A DNA stretch of 64,000 nt from Euglena gracilis (Eukaryota): positions 11,960,716 to 12,024,715 of the forward strand of contig CP154954.1 of assembly GCA_039621445.1 (NCBI GenBank), in the 5' to 3' direction. Position 1 is the stretch's first letter; the number at the start of each line of letters is the position of its first letter. The position numbers were made by a program, and so were the translations under genes. The notes below the pieces were generated by a model. It worked only from the letters and a program-made list of their open reading frames with translations, was not told where the DNA came from and made no database searches. This document shows positions 11,216 through 24,500 of this stretch, piece by piece.

Positions 11216-12499
11216 TTATCCTATTATATTCGTTTCCGGCAATTGTTAGTTTTTTCTCTCTTTGTTCATAAGTGTCCTCATCGGGCCAGTGTATTACATT
11301 TAAAAAAAAACAGTGTATGAACATGAGTACGGGTTTTTTCTTTGCTTATTCCAATTAACAGGCTTGTACATATCACAGGTTCTCTTTCAACCAATTTGGT
11401 TTTCCTATTCTTGTTATTTTGCAAGGTGTCCCACAATCTATGTTTTAATTTGTGTTTCGTTTTTCCTTCTTTCTGTTTTTGCCATTTTGGACTGCCCTGA
11501 CCCATCTCAGCCATTATTGTACAGTTCTCCTTCGACGTCCCTGTCGCCTCCGACCATTCCATTGCTTTTGAGACCACCTACATTTCAGCCCCAATCCCTC
11601 ATCCAAAACCTTTCGGCGTGTACCAATCTGACAGCATCTCAGGTTTTTTTGTGGTGGTATTACTCATAATTGGTTATGATTACCACCTCTGCGGCCCAGT
11701 TATGTATATTTTCCCTGGACACCATCCTCTTTTTTCTGGCCTCACATTTTTCCCGGGGGCAGTTTTCACAAGTTATCAATTCTGTATTTGTGTTTGCGGT
11801 TGAGATTTCCCCTCCCATTCAGCCATCTGTTATTTACAGCGGATGTTGGTCCTGGGTTCCGTGATGGAGTCTCGTGAATGATGTTTGTCATAGTGCTTCG
11901 ATTTGGCCACCACACTCAACCCCTGTATTTTCCTCCCCCCGCTTACACGTTGGACCCGGACCCATCCGTCATGAACGTTTTGGTGGCTTGCTTTTCTTCA
12001 TTTCCTGCACCAGTTTCTGATTTTATCCTTTCTCCTTTGAAATGCTGGGCTCCCATAATTTGCACTGCGCACCACCATGAAACTTCGGCGTCCCATTTTT
12101 CGCCCCTTGATTTTCATGCTGCCTGCACTCTGGTTCTTCAACGCTCCCTTGCTCTAAAATTTCCCCTCACCTAACCCCCCCCCAAAGCTCCCTGCCACCC
12201 CTTTTTTTGGCCTGCCCTAACTTTTGTCCACGCTGTGGGCCTCCCCCATTGCATTCATCTTGTCATATGGCTCTCGCCCACGGGCTGGCTGTACTTGCTA
12301 CGTGTGCTTTTGTTTCCCTTATCTCCAACGCTCGGTTGCCTGGCGGGACCTTTTTTGAGAATCTTTCTCTTGGTCATGTTCAACCAGTTTTCCGTTCTCA
12401 TACTCAATGCCTGGCCCACCCCTCCCCAGGGCTCCGGGTCCCTTCGTGGGGATAGCTGTGGAAGTCGCCACCTCCTTCTCCTCACGGGAGCAGCCCTTC

Positions 12500-13130
12500 T
12501 GATGCAGTCTCTTTTCTTTCCATGAACTGTGGAGGTCGTGGATTTCTCCTCACCACCTTTTTTTCACTCCTTTTTTCTGTTGACCTCGATGCAGTTTTCT
12601 TGCAAGAAATGTGGGATGTTTCTTTTGCCTCTGTCCCGTCGCTTAAGTGTTTTTTTGATCATCAAGAGTACAGAACGTGGTCCTGGGCGGGGTATGGAGA
12701 TCTTTTTTTCATGGACACTTTGGGTTATGTAACTGTTTTGTATGATGGTTGGAATTGGTTTGCAACAGCTGTTCATAACCCCACCAGCCCCTCTTTTTAC
12801 TCATAAATGTTCATCTGGATACCCACCTCTCCCCTCACACCAAGGAGTTTGAGCTCTCTCATATTGTTGCTTTGTTACATCACATACAGCACTTCGTTTC
12901 CCTAGTATGTCGATTTCAACATTCCACGTCGCCCCAGGTCTTTGCTTCACAGACCGATGCAGGCCGGCAACTGTTTGGAGTCCCCCGGTCAATACACAAA
13001 CGTTGTTTCCCGTGCCGGTCGTCTATCTATCACTGAAATTGAATATATTTTAATTCCCTGGCAGTTCGGCCTCTCGTCTTTTCTCCGTCTTCCTGGTTTA
13101 AACAGTCATGTATGTTTAACAGGTTCTCTT
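12500..13130 (+). pseudogene. Decayed LINE (non-LTR retrotransposon) AP-endonuclease domain
   Basis: Across frames: FLSMNCGG (SWNVRG-like), DAVFLQEMW (DIIFLQET-like), NVHLD, VDFN (GDFN-like), TEIEYIL (RIDYI-like), NSH (SDH-like); many stops; no clear RT motif downstream. Confidence 0.5.
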
Positions 13131-16100
13131 CTTCTATCTCTTCCAGTTTCTTTTTCTCCTACCCGTCGACATGAGCATCATGCGTGCACTCCTCATCAAA
13201 GAAATTGTGTAGCCATTTTGTTGGGGATTTATTGGTTGTGGCTAAAGTGGCATTCTGTTCACCCTGATGCATGTATTTTTTTGTTTCTGCTATTTGGCTG
13301 ACTCTATTCTCATCCCAGCAAACCCCTGTCTTGTTCCATGTTCCTCCCCCTCTCGCTGCTTTTTGTCTCCCTCCTTTTTGGTTAACCCTGAGCTTTTGCA
13401 GAAGTAGTGGGAAGCACTGAAGCATAGACTCTTTATGCATGTTCTGCGCTTGCCCACTGATGTTCTTGGCTGTGTATATATTTTATCTCAACATCCCGAT
13501 TGCTGCGCCTCTCGTCAGGGAAGCCATATCAGCCATATCGGATCTTTTGCCTGAACCTTCTCATGTTCATCTTTCTAGAGCTGCTGCTCTCGTTTTTGCT
13601 GCCGCGGAGCTTCAAGATTACCATGGATCGTGCGGCATGTGTATGGACCTTCCCCGCCTCATTTCCTGTCAACCAATCTCCCATCTCCGAATGATGATCC
13701 AAGCTTTTCCACTTTTTTTTGCCTCCTGTCTCATGCTGAATGGTTTGAATGTTTCCCCGAACGGATTCGATTTCGCTGCTTGCATCAGAAATATCTGGTC
13801 TTTAATGAACCTCACCTCACCCATGCCCTTCAGCAGCTGCGGTCCGGTATGGCAGGTTTGATGACTTTGACGGCCTCCAAATTGCCTCTCCTTCCTGTCT
13901 GTGGTGTTGCTGCCTTGGTCCATCTTTCGGTGTTTGTTATCAGCCCCCCATGGCACACCACTCATGTTTTTGACCACCCCTTTTTCCTTTTTTTTGGATG
14001 GGGCTGTCCCTCTCTTTCTGTGTGTTGTGACCTCAATTTTCTGCATGGCTATTTTAAGACTCTTTTCAGCAGGAGTGTTTTGTTTGACGGACCCTTCTTC
14101 TGCAACAGACCGTCTCTCTCCCTCTTGGTGATGATGATGCAAATCATTTTTTGTGTCTGCAGCAAATTTATAGCAGCTCTTCACTGCCCGCGTCCATTTA
14201 CGCCACCCCCCATCCCGACTCTCTCAGAACATCTCCTCAGCAGCCCTGTCCTGTTTGTCACCACAGATGCTGGCCTCGCAGTCCCGGATGACCCTCTGAT
14301 GGTGTGTCACGCCGGTGTGCTGGTGTGGGGGTTGTTATTGTTTACGGTCACCAACAGGCGTTTTGGTTCTCATGGAGTCTTCCCACAATGTGTGCCTCTT
14401 CCATTGAATTGGAATGATTAGCTCGTTTTTGCGTATTGTTTTTACTTCGCGATGTCCCTGGAAAATTGTACCTCTTCTGTGGCAATGATACCGTGCAATT
14501 GCAAACGTTTTCTCAGCGTGTTAACTGCCCCGGTTCGTTGGACGCTCTTGCTCGTTTTTCTCTGTCTTCCCGTTTGTTTGCATTTAACAGAATTTCGCTC
14601 CCCTGCACAGCATGACTGTCGACACATCACTCTTTCAGCTCAATGGCAAGAGCGAGCCGACTGCTTGCCACTGAGGGTATACATTTTCCTTGTCGTTCTC
14701 CTCTTCCCGTTTGTACCTTCATGAGCTTCATCGGTTTCTTGCCCCCCCCCCCCCATACTGACATTTCGAGCAGGTGTTATTTTCAGACTCTCCAAGTTTT
14801 TTTTTTCTTTCAAATTTGAAATGTTTTTGTCTGCCGCCAAACATCCGCTTTGTTGAATCTTCTGTCCTGTTTACCTTATGGAGTTTCCTTTGATGCCCGT
14901 TGTTGGGAATCTGTTTGGTGATCCTGCTGTCCCTCTGCTTCTTCACCGTGTCGCCTTTGAGCTCCGCTGTTTTTGTGTCCTTCCTCTCGCTTTTTCTCAG
15001 TTCCAGAGTGACGTTTTTCTGATGTTTTCGCTGGTGCCCATCCTGGTCGCTGGATAGCTTGCCCAAGCCTCTATTCTCGGTTATGCCGTGCGCTCTCCGA
15101 TGTTCTCGCGCTGCTGCAGAATTCCTTGACGTGCCTGTGGTTGAGACACGCGACGTTGTTGCTCTTTTGCGTCACGCATCTCGTTTTTTCTTTCTCGTAT
15201 TAACTTCTGAATTTGATGTTTTCTAATTGCTTTGATGAATGCATCGTTTTATCGTGGTCTAGCTTTTTGGAATTACCACCCGGTTCCCTTTTCACATCCC
15301 CCTTTTGACACGTGTTAGCCTTTCCCTTTTGCGTGCTACGATCGATGTCTCATCATTGTGATTTTCGTTCTCCCTCTCCCATGTCCATGATTGTCAGTGA
15401 TGCCTCTTTTCTTCAAAATGGATGTCATTCAACCTCCATCCCACTTTGTTCACAACACAATTTAGCTTGGTTTGTTCACATCGATCTGTGTTGCCGTGTA
15501 AATTTTTCGCATTATCAGTTTGACATTCCTCTATGGAGTTTTGGTTTTTTCTTCCCTCTTTCATCTGGGTTCTTCCTTGCATTCAGCATGTGTGTTTCGC
15601 TTCTCATCCACCGCCAGCCACTCACTCTCCTTCGAGTTCTGCTTTTTGTGCCTGTTTGTCTCTTTGGTGTTTCCCCTTCCCTTCTATTCCTTCATCTTTG
15701 TGCGAGGCCTCAGTGGGGCCCACTACTTCGTGTGCCCCGAGAACTCCGGGGAACTCAACCAACCAACCAACCAACCCGTGCTTAGGCGCCTTTTTCTGAG
15801 TTTTTCTTTGGTCGTTCGACCGTTAATCCTATTCTGCTACCAAGTGTACGTCCCACCCCGGCTTTTCTACTTATGCTTTCCTCCTGAAAAGTCCGTGGGG
15901 GGAGTAACAGTAAAATTTGCTTCCCTTTTCCCTTTTCAATGCAAAGCACAAGAGCAGAAGAATTGGTGGGACCGCAGTCCCTTATATGAAAGTGACTATT
16001 GCTCTTTCGAGCTTTGTAAAAGAAAGAAATAAAACTTGTATTCAAATGGGACTTCGACCTCAGAATTCAAAAGAGAATTGCAAAGCACCAAACCCAATAA

Positions 16101-16399
16101 CCTTGAATTAGGAACCAGTTGCTTTTGCTAAGCTTTTGGCAGCTCTGAGATTCTCTCTTTGTCTTATGGTTTAAACATGCCACTGTGTACAGCCCGGCCG
16201 TAGCCAGCTTGTAGGCCGTAGCCCATTGTATCTGGTACACAGTGCCATGGCGGAATGGCTGCCTGGTACACAACCCCCCGCTGTGATCTGAGCCGTCGAA
16301 ATAATTGTGGTGAATTCCCCTTTTTCAACGAAATCTCCTGCAACGTTCCTAATAGAGGCTGTCTTTTGGCATTTGGAAGATCCAATCCACGACTTGCAC

Positions 16400-19300
16400 G
16401 AGAAAATGTCGTGATTGGAGGGTGCCTTGTGGGGGCTCCAACCTCTTCTAGGGGCCCTCGTCAGCAAAGTGCAGGAGCTGCAAGCTTGGCAAGAAGCCAA
16501 GGCCCCCACCGAAGCCAAGGCCTCAACGGAAGCCAGGGGCCCAATCCAAGCCAAGGCCCTAACACCTCTGACAGAAGCCATGCCCTCAGCCCTGCCGACT
16601 TGTTCAGAAGTATGGTGCAGCCATAAGCAGCAGCAACGGCGGTGCATGATGGTGCAGCCATAAGCACCAGCAACGGCGGTGGCCACATGTGTGGAGTTGG
16701 AAAGTGAAATTATAAATTTGAGGTAAGAAATGGCAGCTTGCGAATCCAGCGCAAGGTGGATTTGCGACCTTCGCCGTTACAAGATTTGGGGAAGGGAAAG
16801 TGATTCGGGTCAAATTACAGGTGCAGCTTTTTCGAATAACCTGAAAGGGTGGTTCTTCAACTCAAAACCCTAGTACAAGGCTGGTTCCACCGAAACATAT
16901 TGTTCAACCCTAACAGGAACCTTCCGGTTTCATGCCCATGAACACTCCCTTTTTTTTTAGCACCTAGTCGAAACAATTTTGAGAGCATTGGTCCCCAAAC
17001 CCAGGTCAAGGTCATGGTGCAAGGTGTTCCGGGATTTATGGCAATGACATCATTGAAACCCATTATGCAAGATGTTGGACGACAACCTTGATTTTCTGGG
17101 TACGTGCAAGATGCCCCCGAGCTTGAAAGAGAATGGGAGGAGGTGGAAAGAATTTTTCAGGAAACTTCCCCCTACGATCTCTCCGAATTTGCCACTTTGA
17201 TGCAATTTCGCAGCTGCCTCGACGAGGCAACATCCCTAAAAATGAAACCCGTGTGAATAGGGAAAGGAATATGACCTACAAAAGTTTTCGTGAAGAATTT
17301 GGAAGAGAGTTTGGGGTGGGTACCATCAAACAAAGTCGGGCTTATTGGCATCGGGTTTCACTCAAATGCTCGGGTCTCCCAGCGCAAAACTCATCATTTT
17401 GGATTGTGTGAAATTAGCAGCGGAATTTGTGGCCAAGAGGGACCGGGTGGAAGCACGAACAGATGCCGGGGGAATTAGGCAAAAAAACATTGGAAAACAT
17501 TTTCTGGTCCACAAAAAACACCTGTGCCTTGCGTTTATGGGACGGAATTGAGGTACCCCAGGCGCCCCCGTCGAGGAGTTGAAGTGGGTGGGTAATGACC
17601 CCCAGGGGTTGTCATGTTAAAGGGGGGGGGGATAGGGAATTAGCAAAAACTGCTGACGACGATTTTCGAAAATACGGCTAATATATGCGAGAATTAATAA
17701 AAATCACTGATACCGAGTAGGTCACTGAAATCTTCTGTGTCAAAGACCTGCAAAAAAGGTTATGCTTTTTATGGTTTAAACCAACCCAAAATGAGGAATG
17801 GAGACACTCGGTGATACTATTTTTGCAAACCAAAGCAGGAAAATAAGATAGATCCAAAAAACCACAGTGGCATGGAAACCCTTCGTCGAGGACGCTTTTC
17901 AACCATGTGGTTTTATTGAAAAAAAATCTCGCACCTGGGAATTCACACATTGTAATGGCAAGTCATTTTCTGCAAAATGCCCCCATTTTTGTATAAAAAA
18001 GGTGATGGTTGAGCCGGCAAAAAAGGAGGTACAAACTGTGGGTTCGGTTTCCCTCGACCGGAATCTGATGGGTGAACCGTTTCTGCAGGAGTTGGTGCGG
18101 GTGATTGCACACTGACTGTGGAGGAACCACGAGGCGGTGCGTAGTTGTTTGCTGAACGGGATCAATTCTTAGCTTTGGATGGGTTCCTCGTGGATAACCA
18201 GAAGGTTTCTGCAACCTGTCATGAAAACCAAATGACGGGTGATGAAAGTTTTGAATTTGTCACCTCATTCCTTCGGACGGAGAAGGAGTATGTTGCCACT
18301 CGGAATGCATATGGGTTGTATGAAAAGACAAAATCCTCCTCCCCAGCAAACATGCGAGTTTTTGTTGATGACCCTCCTAAGAACGTGGTGGGGAAAGTAC
18401 CAACAAAAATATTCCGACCATAGGAAAATCATCTTGGAAGCCGAAGGCTCAATCCTACCCGTAGAACGGGGATGGTAAACCATCCTCCCATGGAAGGGGC
18501 CCAGGTGCAAAATCTCCATCGTCCAAGGGAAGTGCTTCACTTGCAAAAAGGCGTGCAGGGATTTCGTCGAGGACTTCAGAAAATGCTCGTTTGCGCGAAA
18601 GGCTTGTTCGGGGGTTTGGTCTCCAAAGTCCGGCGAAAGCGGGCCGAAGGGGGTGAAAGAAACTCCTCCCATCGCCCAATCCCCTTAGTAGGGGGGTCAG
18701 AGCGATTCGGGAGTCCGTTCTGCAGATGCAAATTTCCCATCTTTGGGGTGAGGGGTGTTTTGCCTCCTACAACCCCTCCTTGTTTGACACGTTTGATAAC
18801 TCTCTACGTGATCGAGGCACTGTCGGAGGCCTCTTAATCAAAACCACCCGCACCATTGTCAGATGAAGCATCGCCTGAGGAAGAGGAGGCAGTGGGGAAT
18901 ATTTTAAAGGAAAAAAAATTTGACGCCACTCGAAAATTCGGATGGTGAAACCATCCGGGAGGTTTTGCGTGAGTGACGGTTAATGTCTTTGAAGGCGGGG
19001 TGGGTGAAGGAGGTCCATTTGCATCTATTAACCAAACTTGATGTCTTGAGAGGTTCCCAGCAGTTTCGGGCCTTGGTCGACACGGGGCAGAAGTTTGCTT
19101 GGTGAAAAGAAATTTGCTGCCCCGTGCTTTTTTCGCTCCATCGGCAAAACCCGTCAACTTGGTTGCTGCCAACAACCAAAGGGTGAAGGGCGGGTGGGAT
19201 CAGACCTTGGTAGAATTGAAATTTTCAGGGGTGGTGCAAGACACCAAAAATGTGGTTGTTTTCTAAATTCTTACGCTTTTATATGAGGCCGACGTGGAGG

Positions 19301-20746
19301 AAGCTGTGATCCTGATACGTGTGGTTGGCTGAAAGCAAATTGAATGTGGTGCCAAGGAGACATGAGATTCAAGGTGTTCCCGAAGGTTGTTCGGTTTGGA
19401 TTTGCGGTGTTCTCACATGGTGGGGGGCCATCGTAGACTTCATTCGAACCCGTCCCCCCCGTGTCCATTCAGGCGGTCCACAAATTTCGTCCCAAAGCCT
19501 TGTATATTTTTTTCTTGCAGAGGGAGTGTCGGGAAGGTATTACTGGACCACGGATACGAAGTGATATCCCTGGATGTGGATGATAGGTTGTAACCCACCC
19601 CACGTGTGGATATTTTAACCAGTGGTTACCAGAAAGATTTTTCTCCGGGTGAATTTGAAATTGTAACCGCATGCCTCCCGCTGTACCGAGTTCAGTCTGG
19701 TCTTAAGCCGTGGGTCGAGACGGTTGGAGCCGGCTCTGGAATTGGTGCGAGGAACACTTGAGATTATCAAGTTTTTGATACCCAAGGTTTGGTGGTTGGA
19801 GACCCTCCGAACAAGAATTCTTGCCCGGCGTGCTCTTTAGGCGAAGTTCCAGTTCTGGATGCGAACCATTGCCAATATGAAAGGTGGGGATATCAAAAAA
19901 CCACCACATTTTTTTGAGTCAGCATTTGCTTTCACTGCGCAATGTCGTTTGTGGGGGAAGGATCCCAACAATCCGAACGAGCTTCGAGCACATAAAGCCA
20001 AGCTTGGTGGGGGGGGGGGCAAATGGGAGTGCAAAAAAGGAGCTCACCTATCGTAATTCCTTACCGATTGGTGGAACATCTGTGTGTTTTTACCTCCAAC
20101 AGCAAGGAAATGGTTTTGGGGGGGACCATGTTTTGGACTCACCTCGAGCTTTGACGACGGACGAGGAAGCGGAGACCAAAAATGAGAATTTAGTGGATTC
20201 AATGCCCGAATGTCCAGATGATTTTCTTGGGGAGGGTGATTCTCCGACTTACGGATTGGAAATCCGCCAAGCGGTCGAGATGGCGAAAAAAAATGCGACT
20301 TTCGGCCAGACCGGTGCCCATTTGTAAATGGAGGATGAGGGGGAGAATGTCATCCGTGAAGTGGCAAAACACATGGTTTGGGCGACAGCCCGTATGAATT
20401 TTGTGAAGGGTGCGATTGATATGAGGTGGGAGACCAATGAAACCCTCGAGGAAGTGCTGAAACAGGATATTGTTGAACACTTTCGGGATTCATCACTTTC
20501 TGGTATTTGCCTTCGGTTTGCGGGAGGGTGCCACGCCCGTTAGTCAAAAGCCCTATCACATGACGGGTGAGAGACGGGAGTCTCATCAACGTCTTGTGGA
20601 TGACGCCTTGACAATGGGGAAAGTGGCGCCCGGTTTGCGCCCGTGGAATACACCATCTTTTCGGTACCCAAGAAACCCCAAAGAAAGTATCGCTTTGTAC
20701 AGGATTTGCCACCCCAAAATCTTTTAACCTTGAAAGTTGGACATCC
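16400..20746 (+). mobile_element. Heavily decayed second Gypsy family (gag, PR, C5-MTase, start of RT), cut at the 5' LTR of copy 2; left boundary approximate
   Basis: Gag-like RERNMTYKSFREEFGREFG (~17260) and NQMTGDESFEFVTSFLRTE (~18230) match the main family gag; protease FRALVDTG..VCLVKRNLLP (~19060); C5-MTase ~19490-19920; RT start PVSQKPYHMTGERRES...WNTPSF (~20540-20660). Confidence 0.8.
19490..19920 (+). pseudogene. C5-cytosine methyltransferase relic of the second Gypsy family
   Basis: GSVGKVLLDHGYEVISLDVD, DFSPGEFEIVTACLP-CTEFSLVL, LEIIKFLIPKVWWLET, HCQYERWGYQK align to the copy 1 and copy 2 C5 domain across frameshifts. Confidence 0.8.
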
Positions 20747-21216
20747 TGTGAGTCAGGGGTGCTGAGTGCCCAAAACAACATAACCTAACCCAACCCAACC
20801 TGATGACTCTGCAGTTAGGATTAGGAAAATCTTATTAGGAATTTCAATTGCTGACCCCATTGTCCCTGCACAGGGCTCTGTCTTGTTTTTGTCTGTTTCA
20901 AGTTCAAGAATTGAAAATATCTTGGTGGCAATTATCATTCTTACCTGGACTCTACGTACTTTTGGTTTTGGATCGGTGTGGTGTATTTGCTGAATTGCTT
21001 GTATTGTGCTGTTGGACTTGCGGATTTTTTTCAAAGGAAAGCCAACCAACCCACCTGTTTTCATTAAAAAGACCCACCAAAACAAAAGAAAATGCAATTT
21101 TTGAAACAAGCCGCGAGGGGAATTGAAATCACCCTGGGCAGGGTAAAAGATCCTACGCAACGGGGTGCCGGCCCCGAGGAACTGGAAACTCCAGGGCGGG
21201 TACCACGGATACAACA
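20747..21216 (+). repeat. 5' LTR of copy 2
   Basis: TGTGAGTCAGG...GATACAACA, direct repeat of 33052-33521. Confidence 0.95.
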
Positions 21217-21228
21217 TGGTCGCAGAGG
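21217..21228 (+). promoter_or_regulatory. Primer binding site, probably initiator tRNA-Met
   Basis: TGGTCGCAGAGG directly after the LTR end; one mismatch to TGGTAGCAGAGG, the complement of the 3' end of animal-type tRNAiMet. Confidence 0.7.
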
Positions 21229-21331
21229 TAGACTGCCCAATTTTGATTCCCCTCCAACGTGCGGCTACGAACAACAAGCTGAAAAACGACAAGAAACTGC
21301 AAAAACTGACGCTGACATGCCAGCTGCCGAA

Positions 21332-21550
21332 ACCGCCATCGCTAGGGTGGTGGAGCCGGCGGAGGGCAACTCAGCCATGTACCAAACTCTGGATGTGCCA
21401 ACTGCCTTAACCGCCATCGCTAGGGTGGTGGAGCAGGCGGATGGTTTCCCAGCCATGAACCAAACACTGGAAATGCCAGCTGCCTTAACCGCCATCGTTA
21501 GGGTGGTGGAGCCGGCAGATGGTTTTGCCGCCATGTACCAATCACTGGAC
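21332..21550 (+). repeat. About three in-frame 78-bp (26-aa) tandem repeats at the gag N-terminus
   Basis: ACCGCCATCG(C/T)TAGGGTGGTGGAG at 21332, 21410, 21488; peptide TAIARVVEPAxGxxAMYQTLD. Confidence 0.9.
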
Positions 21551-24500
21551 AGCAACAGGTGGACTGAAACTGAACAAGACGGCACAGACATTACAGTGCC
21601 ACGGACATGCAATGACAGCCCACGTGTCATTGCCATGGTGCACATGGACCAGGACGACACCGAACAGACCGGTCCAGCACCAGATTACACAGAACTGGAC
21701 GAAAACAACGAACCGTACTTCGACGAACAGGTGTTTGCACCACAAAACTGGTACCAACAGCCAGAAACGGACACTCAGAACAACCAAAACTGGCAAACCG
21801 CAACAGCACAGCAACCAGGAACCCCGAGTTTTGCACTGGTGGCGGTACGACAGAGCCCGGAACAACCAGACCGCCTCCAGGGTGAAACTGAAACTTCGTA
21901 CCAGGAACCTTCGTACAGCTCGTACGAGATTCCACAGCCGGAACCACAGAACCAGAACACTGACTGGGACTGGTGGTCGAACTTTGCGCACGAAACTGGA
22001 CAGCTGACCCAGGAATTTCAACAGTTCAGACACAAAACTGAACGGACGAACCAGCAAACGGCAGAAACTCTGCAGCAGCTGCAACAAACAACGACGGAGT
22101 GGGTCAGCGAACTGCACGCCACAGTGAACAGACAGGGTGAAGCACTCATGACAGAAATAAACGGCAGACACGAAGAACTGACAACAGTGCTGGCAACAAC
22201 ACAAGCAAACATGGAACAGGTGACAGTCAACCAGAACAGGCAATACCAGGAACATTTCAACGGAATGTCACAGCAGATCACAGAAATCAGGGAAATGTCT
22301 GGCTCACTGGGTGAAAAACTCAGGGAATTTCACAGTTTTCTGCAGATGGCAGGTGGAAACGCACAGAACCAGGGTGAACATCTGGTTGGTTTACTACACC
22401 GACAGCGAGAAAACGAAAAAACAACTGCAGAACTGCAACAGAGATTGGCTGTGGCAGAAGAACGGGTCGCAGGAATCACAGGCGGAGTCCAAACGGTGAA
22501 CAGCAAAGTGGACGAAACTGTGGCAACAGTGTCCAGAAAAGTTGAAAACCTAAGAGGCGAAATCAGCAGTGTGGTGGAAAGAATTCAGAAGGACATGGGC
22601 AGTGAAATCGAAAATCTGGCAGGACGGGTTCAGCAGCAGGAAACAAAAACGACAACAACCGTTCAAAATTGTGATTACCTGCACAAAAAACTGGTCGAAC
22701 TGCAGAAAATCACAGATCAGCAGCAGCAGATTACACAGCTGAACGAGGAAATCGGCAGACTGAAACGACAGGTGGAAACTCTGACCTCCAACGAAGAAAA
22801 ACACAAACAACGCACTGAACGCCTGAACCTGGAGGTCGGCAACCTGGGTCACAGGGTGGACGAAACAGCCCAAACGTCTCAAAAACTGCTGGGTGAACTA
22901 CAAAAAGGGACCATTAAAACAGGAACACATGACACGTCTGAACATGCCAAATGGCTGGAAATGACATCTGCCATTGGCTCAATGACAACCAGGGTCGGTC
23001 AACTGGAAACAAAACTGGCTGGTCTGACAACAAAAACTGCAGAACGGGAAACACATGACAACGGCATCTGGCAGCATTTACATTCGCTGACCACGGAACT
23101 GCAAACACAGCAGAAACGGTGGACAGAACAGCTGGTGACCCTGGACAGAAAAATCAGTACTGTGACAAAAACGACTGAAAACCTGACTGAAAACTGGAAA
23201 GGCAAAACACCCAGCAAATCACAACCCCCAGCCCTAGCCTGGCTGAAATACCCAAACTTTTTGAAAATCTTTACATTTCCTCTCGCCCAGCCTGCACAGG
23301 GGCCTTCGGGCCAGAGTCAGGGGCCAGCCCCCTGGCCAGTGGGCCTCCCTCGAGGATCCAGGCTGGACAGCCAGGGGCAGCGACAACGGCCCAACGGACT
23401 GAACAACCCCGCCAGGGGGCAGACAGGGCCGCGGGTCAACGGGGATCGGGGACCCCACAACCCCAGAACCAGCCCCCGGCAGCCCTGAGGGGCCAACCCA
23501 CAGGACAACACGGGACGGGGACCCCAGAACCCCACACCTGGCAGACGGGGATGGGGACCCCACAACCCCTGGCCCAGCCACGGCCAGCCCTGAGGGGCCA
23601 GCCCGCAGGAAACCAAGGGAAGGGGACCCCAGAACCCCAGGACTGTCAAACGGGGACGGGGACCCCACAACCCCTGACAGGTATGTTCAGCCAGAGCAGC
23701 CAGCAGTGGGGGGACGAAACACCACACCCAAAAATGGAAGGAGGAGCTGCAGCACTGGGGACCGTTAACTCGGCTTCCCTGGTGGGGCAGCTCATCCAAC
23801 AAGAACTGAAAACTGCCTTGACACCGTTAATTGCCCAACTGACTCGACAAACAGAACGACCGACTGCAGTCCCGACCAGCCCAGCACTACTTACGACAAA
23901 CCCGACAAGCCCAGCACCACAGCCAACCCAGCCGACTCAACAGCCAGTGACGACACAACAAAACCCACAGTCCCGGACTCGGGGCTTGTTCATATGGGCA
24001 GACGAAACTGAAACTCAGAACACAGCCACAACAACCTGGGTGGGACCCCAGATGGGGTCTACCCAAACTGCCATCCACCACATAGGAGAGGAAACAGTGG
24101 TGGCACCCGTGGCAACGGCCCCGGCAGCATCCTTCGGGCTGCTGCTGGGTCCAGTGGGCGCGGCAATGACAAAAGACCTGGTGAGACCAACACTGCAGGG
24201 GAATTTCGCAGATTTTGCCGTGAAATTTCCGATGTACCTGCAACGACTTCAGCCGGTCAGGGGTCCCTGACCGATGACCTGAAACTGTCACTGCTGGAGG
24301 GCAGCCTGGACAGTGCCAGCAAACTGGAACTACAACGCAGACAGGAACGCGGTGAGAAAATAAAATACCAGGAATTTTGGAACTGGATGTGCCAGAAATA
24401 CGGTGGAGACACACAATCAGCCATCAAAGACGAACTGAAAAACCTGAGACCAAAAACGGAAGGAAAACTGACACTGGAAGCGTGGAGGGAGTTTGAGGCC

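Noticed and set aside
13439-15800. ORFs of 140-263 aa downstream of the APE relic
   Set aside because: No RT motifs could be read with confidence; low-complexity T/C-rich decayed sequence
15690-16275. Possible 5' LTR and PBS of the second Gypsy family
   Set aside because: CAAC repeats resemble the main LTR, but there is no partner LTR in the window and no convincing CA-TGG junction
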